Shown: positions 15,369 through 23,296 of the stretch, piece after piece
How positions within the stretch are numbered: position 1 is the stretch's first letter
Layout: every line of letters begins with the position of its first letter
DNA from: Ferroglobus placidus DSM 10642
Lineage (GTDB): Archaea; Halobacteriota; Archaeoglobi; Archaeoglobales; Archaeoglobaceae
Direction of reading: 5' to 3'
Assembly: GCF_000025505.1 (NCBI RefSeq)
Contig: NC_013849.1
Coordinates: 690,001-722,000 of the forward strand
DNA length: 32,000 bases
Notes under the pieces: model-generated
What the model was told of the DNA's origin: nothing
Databases searched by the model: none
Seen by the model: only the letters and a program-made list of their open reading frames with translations
Made by a program: the position numbers and the translations under genes

Positions 15369-15547
15369 GACTATTTAAACTTTTCATTAATAAAAATTTT
15401 TATATTAGGAAATTATAATAACTCAATTTATTTCAAATATTTTAACAGATGTAAAATTTAATCATAAAAAATTAAATTCCTTTTCCAGAACAAATGTCAA
15501 CTCGTTACGTGATAAAATTTTTAGGGTTACGAAAATTTACTACCACC

Positions 15548-16132
15548 ATGAGCTGCGTTGCGGAGCTCGCGAAAAGGAGAAAGAGCGTGAGGAAATTCAA
15601 ACCCGACAATTTCGACATGGAAGTAATTATCGAGTGCATAGACGTAGCCAAGGAAGCTCCGTCTGGAAGTAACGCCCAGCCGTGGCATTTCGTCATCGTA
15701 AAGGACGAGGAGTTGAAGAGGAAAGTGAGAGAGGTTTGTGAAAGGGGGGAAAAGAAATTCTACTCTCACGTGAGAGGAGAGCTGGCTGAGTGGTTGAAAA
15801 GCAAAGGGTTGAACTGGGAGAAGCCCTTCCTCACGGAAGCTCCTTACATCGTTGGAGTGTTTGCTAAGAAGAAAGCACCGTATTCGAGGGAGTCGGTATG
15901 GATAGCTGTGGCTTATTTCCTCCTCGCTCTCGAAGAGAGAGGACTCGCAAGCTTAACATACACACCACCGAACAGAGAAGAAGTTGCGGAAGTTTTGAGG
16001 TGTCCTCCAGAGTACAGACTGGAAGTTCTAATTCCCGTAGGATTTTCAGCCGATAGCAAGGAAAAGGAGCCAAGGAAGAGTGTCGAGGAGATTACAAGCG
16101 TGGATTACTTCGATGTCCCGCTAAAAATGTGA
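15548..16132 (+). CDS. Nitroreductase family protein (FMN-dependent)
   Basis: Motifs RRKSVRKF, PSGSNAQPWHFVIV and a C-terminal beta-strand region, typical of the family. The ATG at 15548 is preferred over the track start at 15494, which lies in the AT-rich promoter region. Confidence 0.85.
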   Translation: MSCVAELAKRRKSVRKFKPDNFDMEVIIECIDVAKEAPSGSNAQPWHFVIVKDEELKRKVREVCERGEKKFYSHVRGELAEWLKSKGLNWEKPFLTEAPYIVGVFAKKKAPYSRESVWIAVAYFLLALEERGLASLTYTPPNREEVAEVLRCPPEYRLEVLIPVGFSADSKEKEPRKSVEEITSVDYFDVPLKM

Positions 16133-16137
16133 TCCGT

Positions 16138-16974
16138 ATGAGATTTTACATAGTGGACGTTTTCGCTTTGAAAAAGTACACCGGAAACCAGCTTGCCGTA
16201 TTCAGAGACGCAAGTAAGCTGAGCGAAAAAGAAATGCAGGAAATAGCAAAGGAAATGAACTACTCGGAGACGACGTTCATAATTTCTGAAGACGACTTCG
16301 AAGTTAGAATTTTCACCCCAGAAAAGGAGGTTCCCTTCGCCGGACATCCAGTCTTAGGAACCGCATTCGTAATAATGGAAGAGATACTCGGCAAAGCTAA
16401 AGAGGTGGAGCTAAAACTGAGGATAGGAAAAATCCGCGTTTGGAAGGAAAATGATGTTCTCTGGATGAGGCAAAGCTCGCCGAAATTCGGAAAAGTTTTC
16501 TCCCCGCAGGAGATTTCGAGAGTTCTTGAGATTGGGGAAGAGGAGATCGATAAGAACTTTCCAATCCAAGAAGTCTCCACCGGCTTGCCCTTCATAATCG
16601 TTCCCCTCAAATCTCTCGAATCGCTGAAAAAAGTAAGGGTAAATACTGACGAGCTTTACAAAATCGTCGAGGATTGCGAAGCGAAGGCTATCCTTGCCTT
16701 CTCTCCGGAGACGAGATATGAAGATAACGATTTAAGCGTTAGAGTTTTCGCTCACTACTACGGAGTTCCTGAAGATCCAGCTACTGGAAGCGCCAATGGT
16801 TGCTTGGCAGCTTACCTATCCAAGTACGAATACTTCGGCAGCGATGAAGTAAACATCAAAGTCGAGCAGGGTTACGAAGTAGGAAGACCCTCCCTTCTGT
16901 TTCTACGAGCTAAAGGGGATAGAGTGGAGATTGGTGGTAAAGTTATCATGATTGCGAAGGGCACTTTTATTTAG
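16138..16974 (+). CDS. PhzF-family isomerase-like protein
   Basis: FYIVDVFALKKYTGNQLAVF, NYSETTFI, FAGHPVLGTA and EDPATGSANGCLAAYL match PhzF/YddE family hallmarks. The track start is a GTG at 16129; the ATG is at 16138. Confidence 0.88.
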   Translation: MRFYIVDVFALKKYTGNQLAVFRDASKLSEKEMQEIAKEMNYSETTFIISEDDFEVRIFTPEKEVPFAGHPVLGTAFVIMEEILGKAKEVELKLRIGKIRVWKENDVLWMRQSSPKFGKVFSPQEISRVLEIGEEEIDKNFPIQEVSTGLPFIIVPLKSLESLKKVRVNTDELYKIVEDCEAKAILAFSPETRYEDNDLSVRVFAHYYGVPEDPATGSANGCLAAYLSKYEYFGSDEVNIKVEQGYEVGRPSLLFLRAKGDRVEIGGKVIMIAKGTFI

Positions 16975-16985
16975 GGAGTGATAAA

Positions 16986-17423
16986 ATGAAGTGTATTTGT
17001 GGAGTGGATGGTTGGAAAGTCAAGAAAATAACCGTAGGAAATCACCTCAATCCGGAGTACTGGCATTTGCTCAGCGATGACTTTTACTTCTGCCCAAATT
17101 CGGAGTGCGACGTAGTGTACTTCGATGGTAGAGCAATCTTCACAACTAAAGAAGTTAAAACAAAGGTCTTTTTCAAAGAAAAAGGTTCTCCAAAGCCTTT
17201 ATGCTACTGCAAGCAGGTTACAGAAGAGGACGTCATTGAGGCGATAAAGAGAGGAGCTAAGAGCGTTGAAGAAGTGGAAGAAATAACCGGCATAGGAAAC
17301 GGGGGACACTGCGTAATTACAAATCCGTCAGGCAGATGCTGCAAGCTGTATTACGAAGGATTTATCGAGGACTTGCTTGGGAAAAAAGATAGAGACGAAT
17401 GTCGGGAGTGCTGCGAATCCTGA
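16986..17423 (+). CDS. Cys-rich BFD-like [2Fe-2S]/Zn-binding protein resembling the N-terminal domain of Archaeoglobus CopZ (putative Fe-S metallochaperone)
   Basis: MKCICG...GW.V..ITVG.H, DFYFCPNSECDVVYF, PKPLCYCKQVTEEDVIEAIKRGAKSVEEVEEITGIGNGGHCVITNPSGRCC (BFD-like [2Fe-2S] pattern), and a C-terminal tail DECRECCES. No HMA domain is present. Confidence 0.6.
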   Translation: MKCICGVDGWKVKKITVGNHLNPEYWHLLSDDFYFCPNSECDVVYFDGRAIFTTKEVKTKVFFKEKGSPKPLCYCKQVTEEDVIEAIKRGAKSVEEVEEITGIGNGGHCVITNPSGRCCKLYYEGFIEDLLGKKDRDECRECCES

Positions 17424-17918
17424 CTACTTCAGCTGCTTTAAGTACTCTATCAGATCGTTCAAATCCTTTTCCGTCATCTGCCACCTCGGCATGCACCAGT
17501 TCAACTCCTCTCCCTCATCTCCAATCCCAGAAGTTATAGCTCTCTTTACGTCCTCTTCGCTCATTCCGTGTTCTCCGGAGAGGGTGGAATACCTTATATC
17601 CGGAGTTTTTACACCACACATCATCGGGTAAATTCCTCCCTTCCCGTCAACACCGTGACAGCTCGCACAACCTCCTCCGTGCATCTGAAGCCAAGTTGGT
17701 CCGCCAACAAAAGGTATTCTTTCACCTTTTTCGTTAACTCCGGTGAGAAAAATTTTCTCTCCGTTCGACCTATACTCTCCCACCGGCTGATAGATATTCC
17801 TGTCTCCAAACTGCATGTAGGGCGTTCCACCAAACCAAAACACGTTAGCAGCGATAAATCCCGCGGCAAAAGCTGCTATCGCGACCGCGACAACGATTAT
17901 CGTTTCTCTTGTTTTCAT
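17424..17918 (-). CDS. Membrane-anchored monoheme c-type cytochrome
   Basis: Single CASCH heme-binding motif and an N-terminal TM segment (IIVVAVAIAAFAAGFIAANVF). The ATG at 17918 (MKTRETII) is preferred, because the track start at 18002 would overlap the upstream gene. The stop abuts the stop of ORF 16986..17423. Confidence 0.75.
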   Translation of the reverse strand: MKTRETIIVVAVAIAAFAAGFIAANVFWFGGTPYMQFGDRNIYQPVGEYRSNGEKIFLTGVNEKGERIPFVGGPTWLQMHGGGCASCHGVDGKGGIYPMMCGVKTPDIRYSTLSGEHGMSEEDVKRAITSGIGDEGEELNWCMPRWQMTEKDLNDLIEYLKQLK

Positions 17919-17944
17919 AAATGTTTCTTTTTTACAAAAACTAC

Positions 17945-18454
17945 TTAACGTTTTCCCATATTCAAACAAACATGCCTGAAAGAGCACAATTTTGCAGAGC
18001 ATTTCCTGGGAAAATCCGGCTTGTTTTCAAGAAACCAGCTGAAGTACTCCAGACTTTTTTCGTAAAGTTCCTCATCAAACTCAAAAGACTTCATTTGGGC
18101 TCCGTCTCCGTGAAATTTAACGAGAATACCTTTCTCAACATCGAATATTTTCATGTAGAGATTTAGCTGAGCGATCCACTCAATCGGAAAATTCCTCGAA
18201 GAATTCTTCACCTCTATGACGCACTTCTCCGTTAAAAAATCCGCCTTTCCGACCACAGAAAAGTTTTCAAGCTCCATTTTGCCTTTAGGTTGCTTAACGT
18301 ATTTAACTCCGACTAATTTCAAAAACTCCTCAAACTTCCTTTCAGCCTCAAAACCCTTCCTAACGACCTTCGAAGGAGCTTCGAGCTCCGGATAGTTCAT
18401 TTTGAGGTAAACCCACACCCTGCACCTGAAAACCCAAGAGGCGAAAAATTCCAT
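17945..18454 (-). CDS. Cas4-like/DUF83 PD-(D/E)xK nuclease with four-Cys Fe-S cluster pattern (stand-alone)
   Basis: N-terminal FRCRVW (Cys1). Nuclease core GKADFL...VIEVKNS (D...EVK) and QLNLY (QxxxY). C-terminal CSAKLCSFRHVC. 169 aa. Confidence 0.6.
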   Translation of the reverse strand: MEFFASWVFRCRVWVYLKMNYPELEAPSKVVRKGFEAERKFEEFLKLVGVKYVKQPKGKMELENFSVVGKADFLTEKCVIEVKNSSRNFPIEWIAQLNLYMKIFDVEKGILVKFHGDGAQMKSFEFDEELYEKSLEYFSWFLENKPDFPRKCSAKLCSFRHVCLNMGKR

Positions 18455-18522
18455 AGGGAAGGGAGTGAGAAGCTGAAGATAAGCTTCCTCCGCATTCTGG
18501 AAGTATTGAAAAGAAGAAGATA

Positions 18523-19914
18523 TTACTCTTCTTTTTTTATAAATTCGTCGTGAAGAACTTTTACAGCCTTTCTTCCTTCGTTTTTGCTCACGGCAAAACT
18601 GATATTGTATTCGCTGCAGCTCTGACTTATCATCCTAACGTTTATCCTATTTCTTCCGAGGGTGGAGAAAATTCTACCAGCCACTCCGGGAGTTCCAGCC
18701 ATTCCAGCCCCTACAGCGCTTATCACAGCAACGTCTCTTATCCCCTCCACCTTTATCGAACCGTTCTCGATCTTTTTCAGAGCTTTCATAGCCTTATCGT
18801 AATCTGAATCGTCTATAACTATGGAAAGGTTTAGCTCAGAGGAGCTCTGAGCCACCATGACAACGTTCACCTTATTTTCTGCCAGAATCCTGAAAACTTC
18901 CGTCATTATCTCGGCAAAATCGAATCCAGCTCCGCTGATGTTGACTATCGATACCTTCTCTATTAAGCTCAGAGCTTTAACAACGTCTTTAGTCGAGGTA
19001 ATTCCGTCCCTTATCACGGTTCCCTCCGCTTCTGGATTGAAAGTGTTCTTTATTCTCACGGGAATCTTTCTCTTCATCACCGGCTCAATCGCCCTCGGAT
19101 GCAAAATCTTAGCTCCGAAATGGGACAACTCCATAGCCTCCTGATAACTCAGCTCCGGAATTAGCTTAGCTTCGGGAACTATTTTCGGATCTGTCGTCAT
19201 TACTCCGTCAACTTCCTTCCACAGCCAAACCTCATCAGCATCGATTGCTGCAGCTATCAGAGTGGCTGTTAAGTCGCTCCCCCCTCTTCCGAGGGTTGTA
19301 ATGTTCCCGTCTTTAGTTACACCTATGAAGCCTGTAACAACCGGAACCAACTTCTTTATAGAGATTAGAGGTTCTATTCTGCTTTTTATTAAGCTGTAAA
19401 CTTCCGGGAGGGGTTTTGCTCTTCCGTAGTTAGAATCCGTAACAATTCCCGCATCCCCACCAGTTAGAGCTACGCTGTCCACGCCGAGCGAGATGAGAGA
19501 AGCGGAAAAAATGGGAGCGAGAAGCCTTTCTCCGAAAGAGAGAATGTAGTCCTCGCTCCTCTTCGTCAGCTCACCAAGATAGCTTATCCCGAGGAGGATC
19601 TTTTCAAGCTCGTCTAAAAGGTTGTCTATCCTGTTTATGACCTTCTCTTTAATTCTCTTATCCTTAACAGCCGTCTCGATGGCGTCGTAATGTCTCTTTG
19701 CAAGCTCGGCTATAAACAGCTTTATAAAACCGTGAGAAGCTTCTTTATAGCATTTGTGGGCAGCGTGAAGCAAAGAATCGGTAACCCCTTGCATAGCCGA
19801 GACAACGACGACTACCTCGTTATCTTTAGCATACTTCTTTACGAGGTTCGCGCAGTGGAGAATGTTTTCTCCATCCTTTACGCTGACTCCACCGAACTTC
19901 ATTACAATTCTCAT
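18523..19914 (-). CDS. lysC: Aspartate kinase (with C-terminal ACT domains)
   Basis: MRIVMKFGGVSV, VVVVSAMQGVTD, GRGGSDLTAT, and tandem ACT-like repeats at the C-terminus. The ATG at 19914 is preferred over the TTG at 19923. Confidence 0.93.
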   Translation of the reverse strand: MRIVMKFGGVSVKDGENILHCANLVKKYAKDNEVVVVVSAMQGVTDSLLHAAHKCYKEASHGFIKLFIAELAKRHYDAIETAVKDKRIKEKVINRIDNLLDELEKILLGISYLGELTKRSEDYILSFGERLLAPIFSASLISLGVDSVALTGGDAGIVTDSNYGRAKPLPEVYSLIKSRIEPLISIKKLVPVVTGFIGVTKDGNITTLGRGGSDLTATLIAAAIDADEVWLWKEVDGVMTTDPKIVPEAKLIPELSYQEAMELSHFGAKILHPRAIEPVMKRKIPVRIKNTFNPEAEGTVIRDGITSTKDVVKALSLIEKVSIVNISGAGFDFAEIMTEVFRILAENKVNVVMVAQSSSELNLSIVIDDSDYDKAMKALKKIENGSIKVEGIRDVAVISAVGAGMAGTPGVAGRIFSTLGRNRINVRMISQSCSEYNISFAVSKNEGRKAVKVLHDEFIKKEE

Positions 19915-19920
19915 TCTCCA

Positions 19921-19951
19921 CAAAGCTTCAAATTAGGAAATATAAGCTTTG
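19921..19951. promoter_or_regulatory. 8-bp perfect inverted repeat bracketing the TATA-like box of the aspartate kinase promoter
   Basis: CAAAGCTT-N15-AAGCTTTG. On the minus strand the spacer reads ATATTTCCTAATTTG (TATA-like), 7-37 nt upstream of the ATG at 19914. Confidence 0.35.
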
Positions 19952-20005
19952 CTGAATTCTTCCAATGCCGAATGAACGCTTCTTGAGACTAACTCGAATA
20001 ATTTT

Positions 20006-20743
20006 TTAATCCTTAGCAGCCTCGATAATCTTCTCGATTTCGTTTCCATAGTAAGCGCTCACGAGGGCGAAAATTGAAAGAGAGCAAACCTCAATGATAT
20101 TGTAGATGGTAAAACCTTTAACCGAATGCATAGCTAAGGAAAAAAAGAAGAGCATGAAAGAAGCGGAGACTCCTACAAAAACATCAGTTGTGTGAGGGGA
20201 GATAACTATACTTCCCTTCCTTATTAACTCGCTGTAGCTTCTAAACCTTACTGCTATGAACACGAAAAGAGGTAAAAACGCAAGAAAAATTACGTCGAAG
20301 AAGAAATTCAACTTCGAGCTAACCAAACCTTTCATGTGATCTGCAGCTATTAGAATTACCGCCACGTAAAGCAGAGTTATCCCGAACTTTCCGTAAAAAA
20401 CTGAACTGTCAAGCACAAAGATTTCGTCCTTGTTTTTAGCCAGTACTCTAATTGTAGCAATTAACAAGGCAATTGCAAAAAGTCCGGCTACGATGTTTGC
20501 CAAGCTTACGACACTTTCAGAATCTACTCCAAAAACAAGCGAAAGGAACTCAAACGATTCAACAATACTAATAAAAGCGAAAACTAAAGCGAGCATTGTC
20601 AGATACTTGCTCAGCGAAATCCAGGATTTGACAGCAAGCCTCATCTTTTCTATTTCTCCCGTTCCCGAGAGGTAGAGTAGAAGAAGAGAAGATAAAAGTC
20701 CCAAAGCTGCTACCACGCTTTCAACAACATTAATTATTATCAT
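20006..20743 (-). CDS. Hypothetical polytopic membrane protein (about 7-8 TM)
   Basis: 245-aa ORF that is hydrophobic throughout. TATA-like TTATATATTT lies about 25 nt upstream of the ATG. No recognisable motif. Confidence 0.6.
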   Translation of the reverse strand: MIIINVVESVVAALGLLSSLLLLYLSGTGEIEKMRLAVKSWISLSKYLTMLALVFAFISIVESFEFLSLVFGVDSESVVSLANIVAGLFAIALLIATIRVLAKNKDEIFVLDSSVFYGKFGITLLYVAVILIAADHMKGLVSSKLNFFFDVIFLAFLPLFVFIAVRFRSYSELIRKGSIVISPHTTDVFVGVSASFMLFFFSLAMHSVKGFTIYNIIEVCSLSIFALVSAYYGNEIEKIIEAAKD

Positions 20744-20816
20744 TAGTTATACACTGTTAACATCCAAATATATAAGGTTTTACCTCATTATAAAGTTTAT
20801 AGGAAAAAAGGTTCGA

Positions 20817-20864
20817 TCAGAGCCAGTGGCGTCATCACCGCTCAGACAAGGCTGAATTCATCAT
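20817..20864 (-). ncRNA. C/D box sRNA (2'-O-methylation guide)
   Basis: The minus strand reads AUGAUGA(C)-AUUCAGCCUUGU(12 nt)-CUGA(D')-GCG-GUGAUGA(C')-CGCCACUGGCU(11 nt)-CUGA(D), 48 nt from box C to box D. TATA-like TTATAT (plus 20891-20896) lies about 25 nt upstream of the expected 5' end. A T6 run follows 7 nt after box D. Confidence 0.75.
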
Positions 20865-20947
20865 CTCAAGAAAGTTTAAAGATCGAAGGAATATAACGCT
20901 ATCGCTTCGAGAAAAATATTATAATCTGCCGGCGGAACTTCCGTTGT

Positions 20948-21499
20948 ATGGTCAAGATTTACGTCGTCTACAACTACGGGCAGTACAATCACCTCATCCA
21001 CAGAACTCTAAGAGACTTGGGAGTCGAAACCAAACTGATTCAAAACACAACTCCAGTAGAGGAAATCGACGCTGACGGACTTGTTTTAGGAGGAGGTCCG
21101 TCTTTGGAGAGAACTGGCAATTGCGAGGAGTACGTGAGAAAACTCGACATACCGATTCTCGGCATATGCCTCGGACATCAGCTCATAGCAAAAGTTTTCG
21201 GAGGAGAAGTGGGAAGAGGAAAAACTGGTGGTTATGCGGAAGTAGAGGTTGAGATAGTGGATAAAGATGAGCTGTTCGAAGGTTTTCCGGAGAGGATAAA
21301 AGTTTGGGCAAGCCACATGGACGAGGTTAAAAAGCTGCCGAAAGACTTCAAAGTTCTTGCGAAGTCTGATATATGCGAAATAGAGGCGATGAGACACAAA
21401 AAGAAGCCTATATTTGGCGTGCAGTGGCACCCGGAAGTTTACCACTCGGAGTACGGAGTAGAACTCTACAAAAACTTCGTTGAGATCTGCAAAAGATGA
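20948..21499 (+). CDS. guaA: GMP synthase (glutamine-hydrolysing) subunit A, class I glutamine amidotransferase
   Basis: 183 aa. Motifs GICLGHQ (nucleophile Cys) and VQWHPE (His/Glu of the triad). The size matches the split archaeal GuaAA subunit. Confidence 0.9.
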   Translation: MVKIYVVYNYGQYNHLIHRTLRDLGVETKLIQNTTPVEEIDADGLVLGGGPSLERTGNCEEYVRKLDIPILGICLGHQLIAKVFGGEVGRGKTGGYAEVEVEIVDKDELFEGFPERIKVWASHMDEVKKLPKDFKVLAKSDICEIEAMRHKKKPIFGVQWHPEVYHSEYGVELYKNFVEICKR

Positions 21500-22068
21500 G
21501 GAAGACGACAATATTCTCGATAACTCTGCTACCGATGATGATCGCTTCCGGCATGATGTACTCGGTTCTGCCGATTTACATAGCCGAAGAACTCGGAGCG
21601 ACGAAAACCCAAGTTGGTTCTCTATTCACCCTCGGAGCCATGAGCGGTGCGGTCGCAGCATACATCTCTGGGAGAATAGCCGATAAATACGGAAGAAAAC
21701 CGCTCATTCTAATTTCCCAGATGAGCTTCGCAGCAGTCATGCTGCTTTATTCTTTAATCTCCGATGTCATTTTCGCTTACCCAATCCACCTCATCGAAGG
21801 AGTGGCTTGGAGCACTCTTGGCGTTAGCGCTCCAACGCTTATAGCCGATTTAACGAGAAAAGATGAAAGAGGAGAGGCAATGGGCGTGTATAATTCAACT
21901 TGGAGCGTTGGGTGGATGATCGGTCCGATCCTCGGAGGACTGCTCAGCGACCTATACGGCTTTAGGTTCATGCTCAGAGTGTCTTTCCTGACGATACTAA
22001 CTGGAACTGTCGCATCTTACATCGTTCTAAAAAGCATTAAAGAAGAAATTCGGGAATTTTCTGCTTAG
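21496..22068 (+). CDS. Half-size MFS-type transporter (6 TM, N-domain only)
   Basis: 190 aa with six predicted TM segments. MFS motif [12 protein letters not shown] lies between TM2 and TM3. The protein ends in the region that would be the central loop. ATGA overlap with guaA subunit A; the 3' end overlaps the convergent lysA by 32 nt. Confidence 0.65.
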   Translation: MRKTTIFSITLLPMMIASGMMYSVLPIYIAEELGATKTQVGSLFTLGAMSGAVAAYISGRIADKYGRKPLILISQMSFAAVMLLYSLISDVIFAYPIHLIEGVAWSTLGVSAPTLIADLTRKDERGEAMGVYNSTWSVGWMIGPILGGLLSDLYGFRFMLRVSFLTILTGTVASYIVLKSIKEEIREFSA

Positions 22069-23296
22069 CAATTAAGTCTCCGAAACTCTCCTTTTCCCTT
22101 ATAACGTAAGCTTCGCTCCCCTTCACCAAAACTTCAGCGCACCTCGGTCTTCCGTTGTACTGACTGCTCATAACGAATCCGTAAGCTCCAGCGTCGAAAA
22201 CGGCAATTATGTCTCCCTTCTCAACCCTCGGAAGCTTTCTGTCTTCTCCGAGAACGTCCCCGCTTTCGCATATTGGTCCTACGACGGTGTAAACCTCTTC
22301 CTCCTCCCAGTCCATTTTGTTAGCCACAGCTATTTTGTGGTAAGCTCCGTACATAGCCGGACGAATTAGAAGGTTGAATCCGGCATCCACAGCCACAAAA
22401 TTCTTGTAAGCTCTCTTAACGGCATTTACTCTCGTTAAGAGAATTGTGGTGTTTCCGACCAAGCTTCTTCCCGGCTCAAGCCACAGCTCCGGATTCGAAT
22501 CGAGTCTGCTCTTTCTCTCCTCGTAAACCGGCTTTAGGGCGTTAGCCAAGTCTTCGGGAGTTGGAACACCTTTTCCTTCGTAATCTATCCCCAAACCTCC
22601 CCCTACGTCCACGAATTTTAAATCAATTCCAAGCTCCTCGACTCTCTCTGCGAGATCGAAGATCTTGTTTACAGCCTCAACGAAAGGAGAGATTTCGGTT
22701 ATCTGACTTCCTATGTGGCAGTGAATTCCGATCGGAACAACGTTCGGAAGCTCTAAAGCGAGCCGGTAAGTTTCAACAACCTGCTCAGCGGGAATTCCAA
22801 ACTTTGACTTCTTCAATCCGGTAGCTATCTTCGGATGAGTTTTCGGGTCTATGTCAGGATTTACTCTAAAAGCTATCTCAACTTCCTCTCCCATCTCAGA
22901 TGCAATTTCAGAGATCGTGTAAAGCTCGTCAACGCTGTCTACGCTAAACTTCACCCCAGACTCTATCCCGGCTTTTATCTCCTCTTCGCTCTTCGAATTA
23001 CCGTTGAAAAGAATGAATTTTTTATCGAAGCCAGCTAAAAGGCTGAGATAAAGCTCCCCTTGGGAAAAAACGTCCGCTCCAAAATTTTCCTTCGCAATTA
23101 CCTTCATTATCGCCAAGTTGTTGTTGGCTTTTACCGCATAGAGAACTCTCGCCCAGTTAAAGGCTTTTTTGTAAGCCTCTATGTTCTCCTTAAGCTTTGC
23201 ATAGGACGTGACGTAGAGGGGAGTGCCGAAGCGTTCAACCAAATCTATAACGCTCAGCTCTTCAACGTGCAAAACTCCGTTTCTGCTCTCAAACAT
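22037..23296 (-). CDS. lysA: Diaminopimelate decarboxylase
   Basis: PLP-Lys motif YAVKANNN, HCHIGSQ, GGGLGIDY and GPICESGD. 419 aa. Confidence 0.93.
   Translation of the reverse strand: MFESRNGVLHVEELSVIDLVERFGTPLYVTSYAKLKENIEAYKKAFNWARVLYAVKANNNLAIMKVIAKENFGADVFSQGELYLSLLAGFDKKFILFNGNSKSEEEIKAGIESGVKFSVDSVDELYTISEIASEMGEEVEIAFRVNPDIDPKTHPKIATGLKKSKFGIPAEQVVETYRLALELPNVVPIGIHCHIGSQITEISPFVEAVNKIFDLAERVEELGIDLKFVDVGGGLGIDYEGKGVPTPEDLANALKPVYEERKSRLDSNPELWLEPGRSLVGNTTILLTRVNAVKRAYKNFVAVDAGFNLLIRPAMYGAYHKIAVANKMDWEEEEVYTVVGPICESGDVLGEDRKLPRVEKGDIIAVFDAGAYGFVMSSQYNGRPRCAEVLVKGSEAYVIREKESFGDLIAKQKIPEFLL

Noticed and set aside
15450-15457. A fifth TGTAAAAT copy as a full operator site
   Set aside because: Only the right half-site is present. 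There is no TACA-type left arm at the 5-nt spacing, and the sequence sits in very AT-rich DNA where chance occurrence is likely.
15369-15547. The AT-rich tract as a replication origin
   Set aside because: No ORB or mini-ORB-type repeated elements and no inverted G-rich repeats are present, and there is no cdc6/orc1 gene nearby. Divergent promoters explain the region better.
17945-18454. The Cas4-like gene as an indicator of a CRISPR-Cas locus in this window
   Set aside because: No direct-repeat array and no other cas gene signatures occur anywhere in the 32 kb. It is treated as a solo nuclease.
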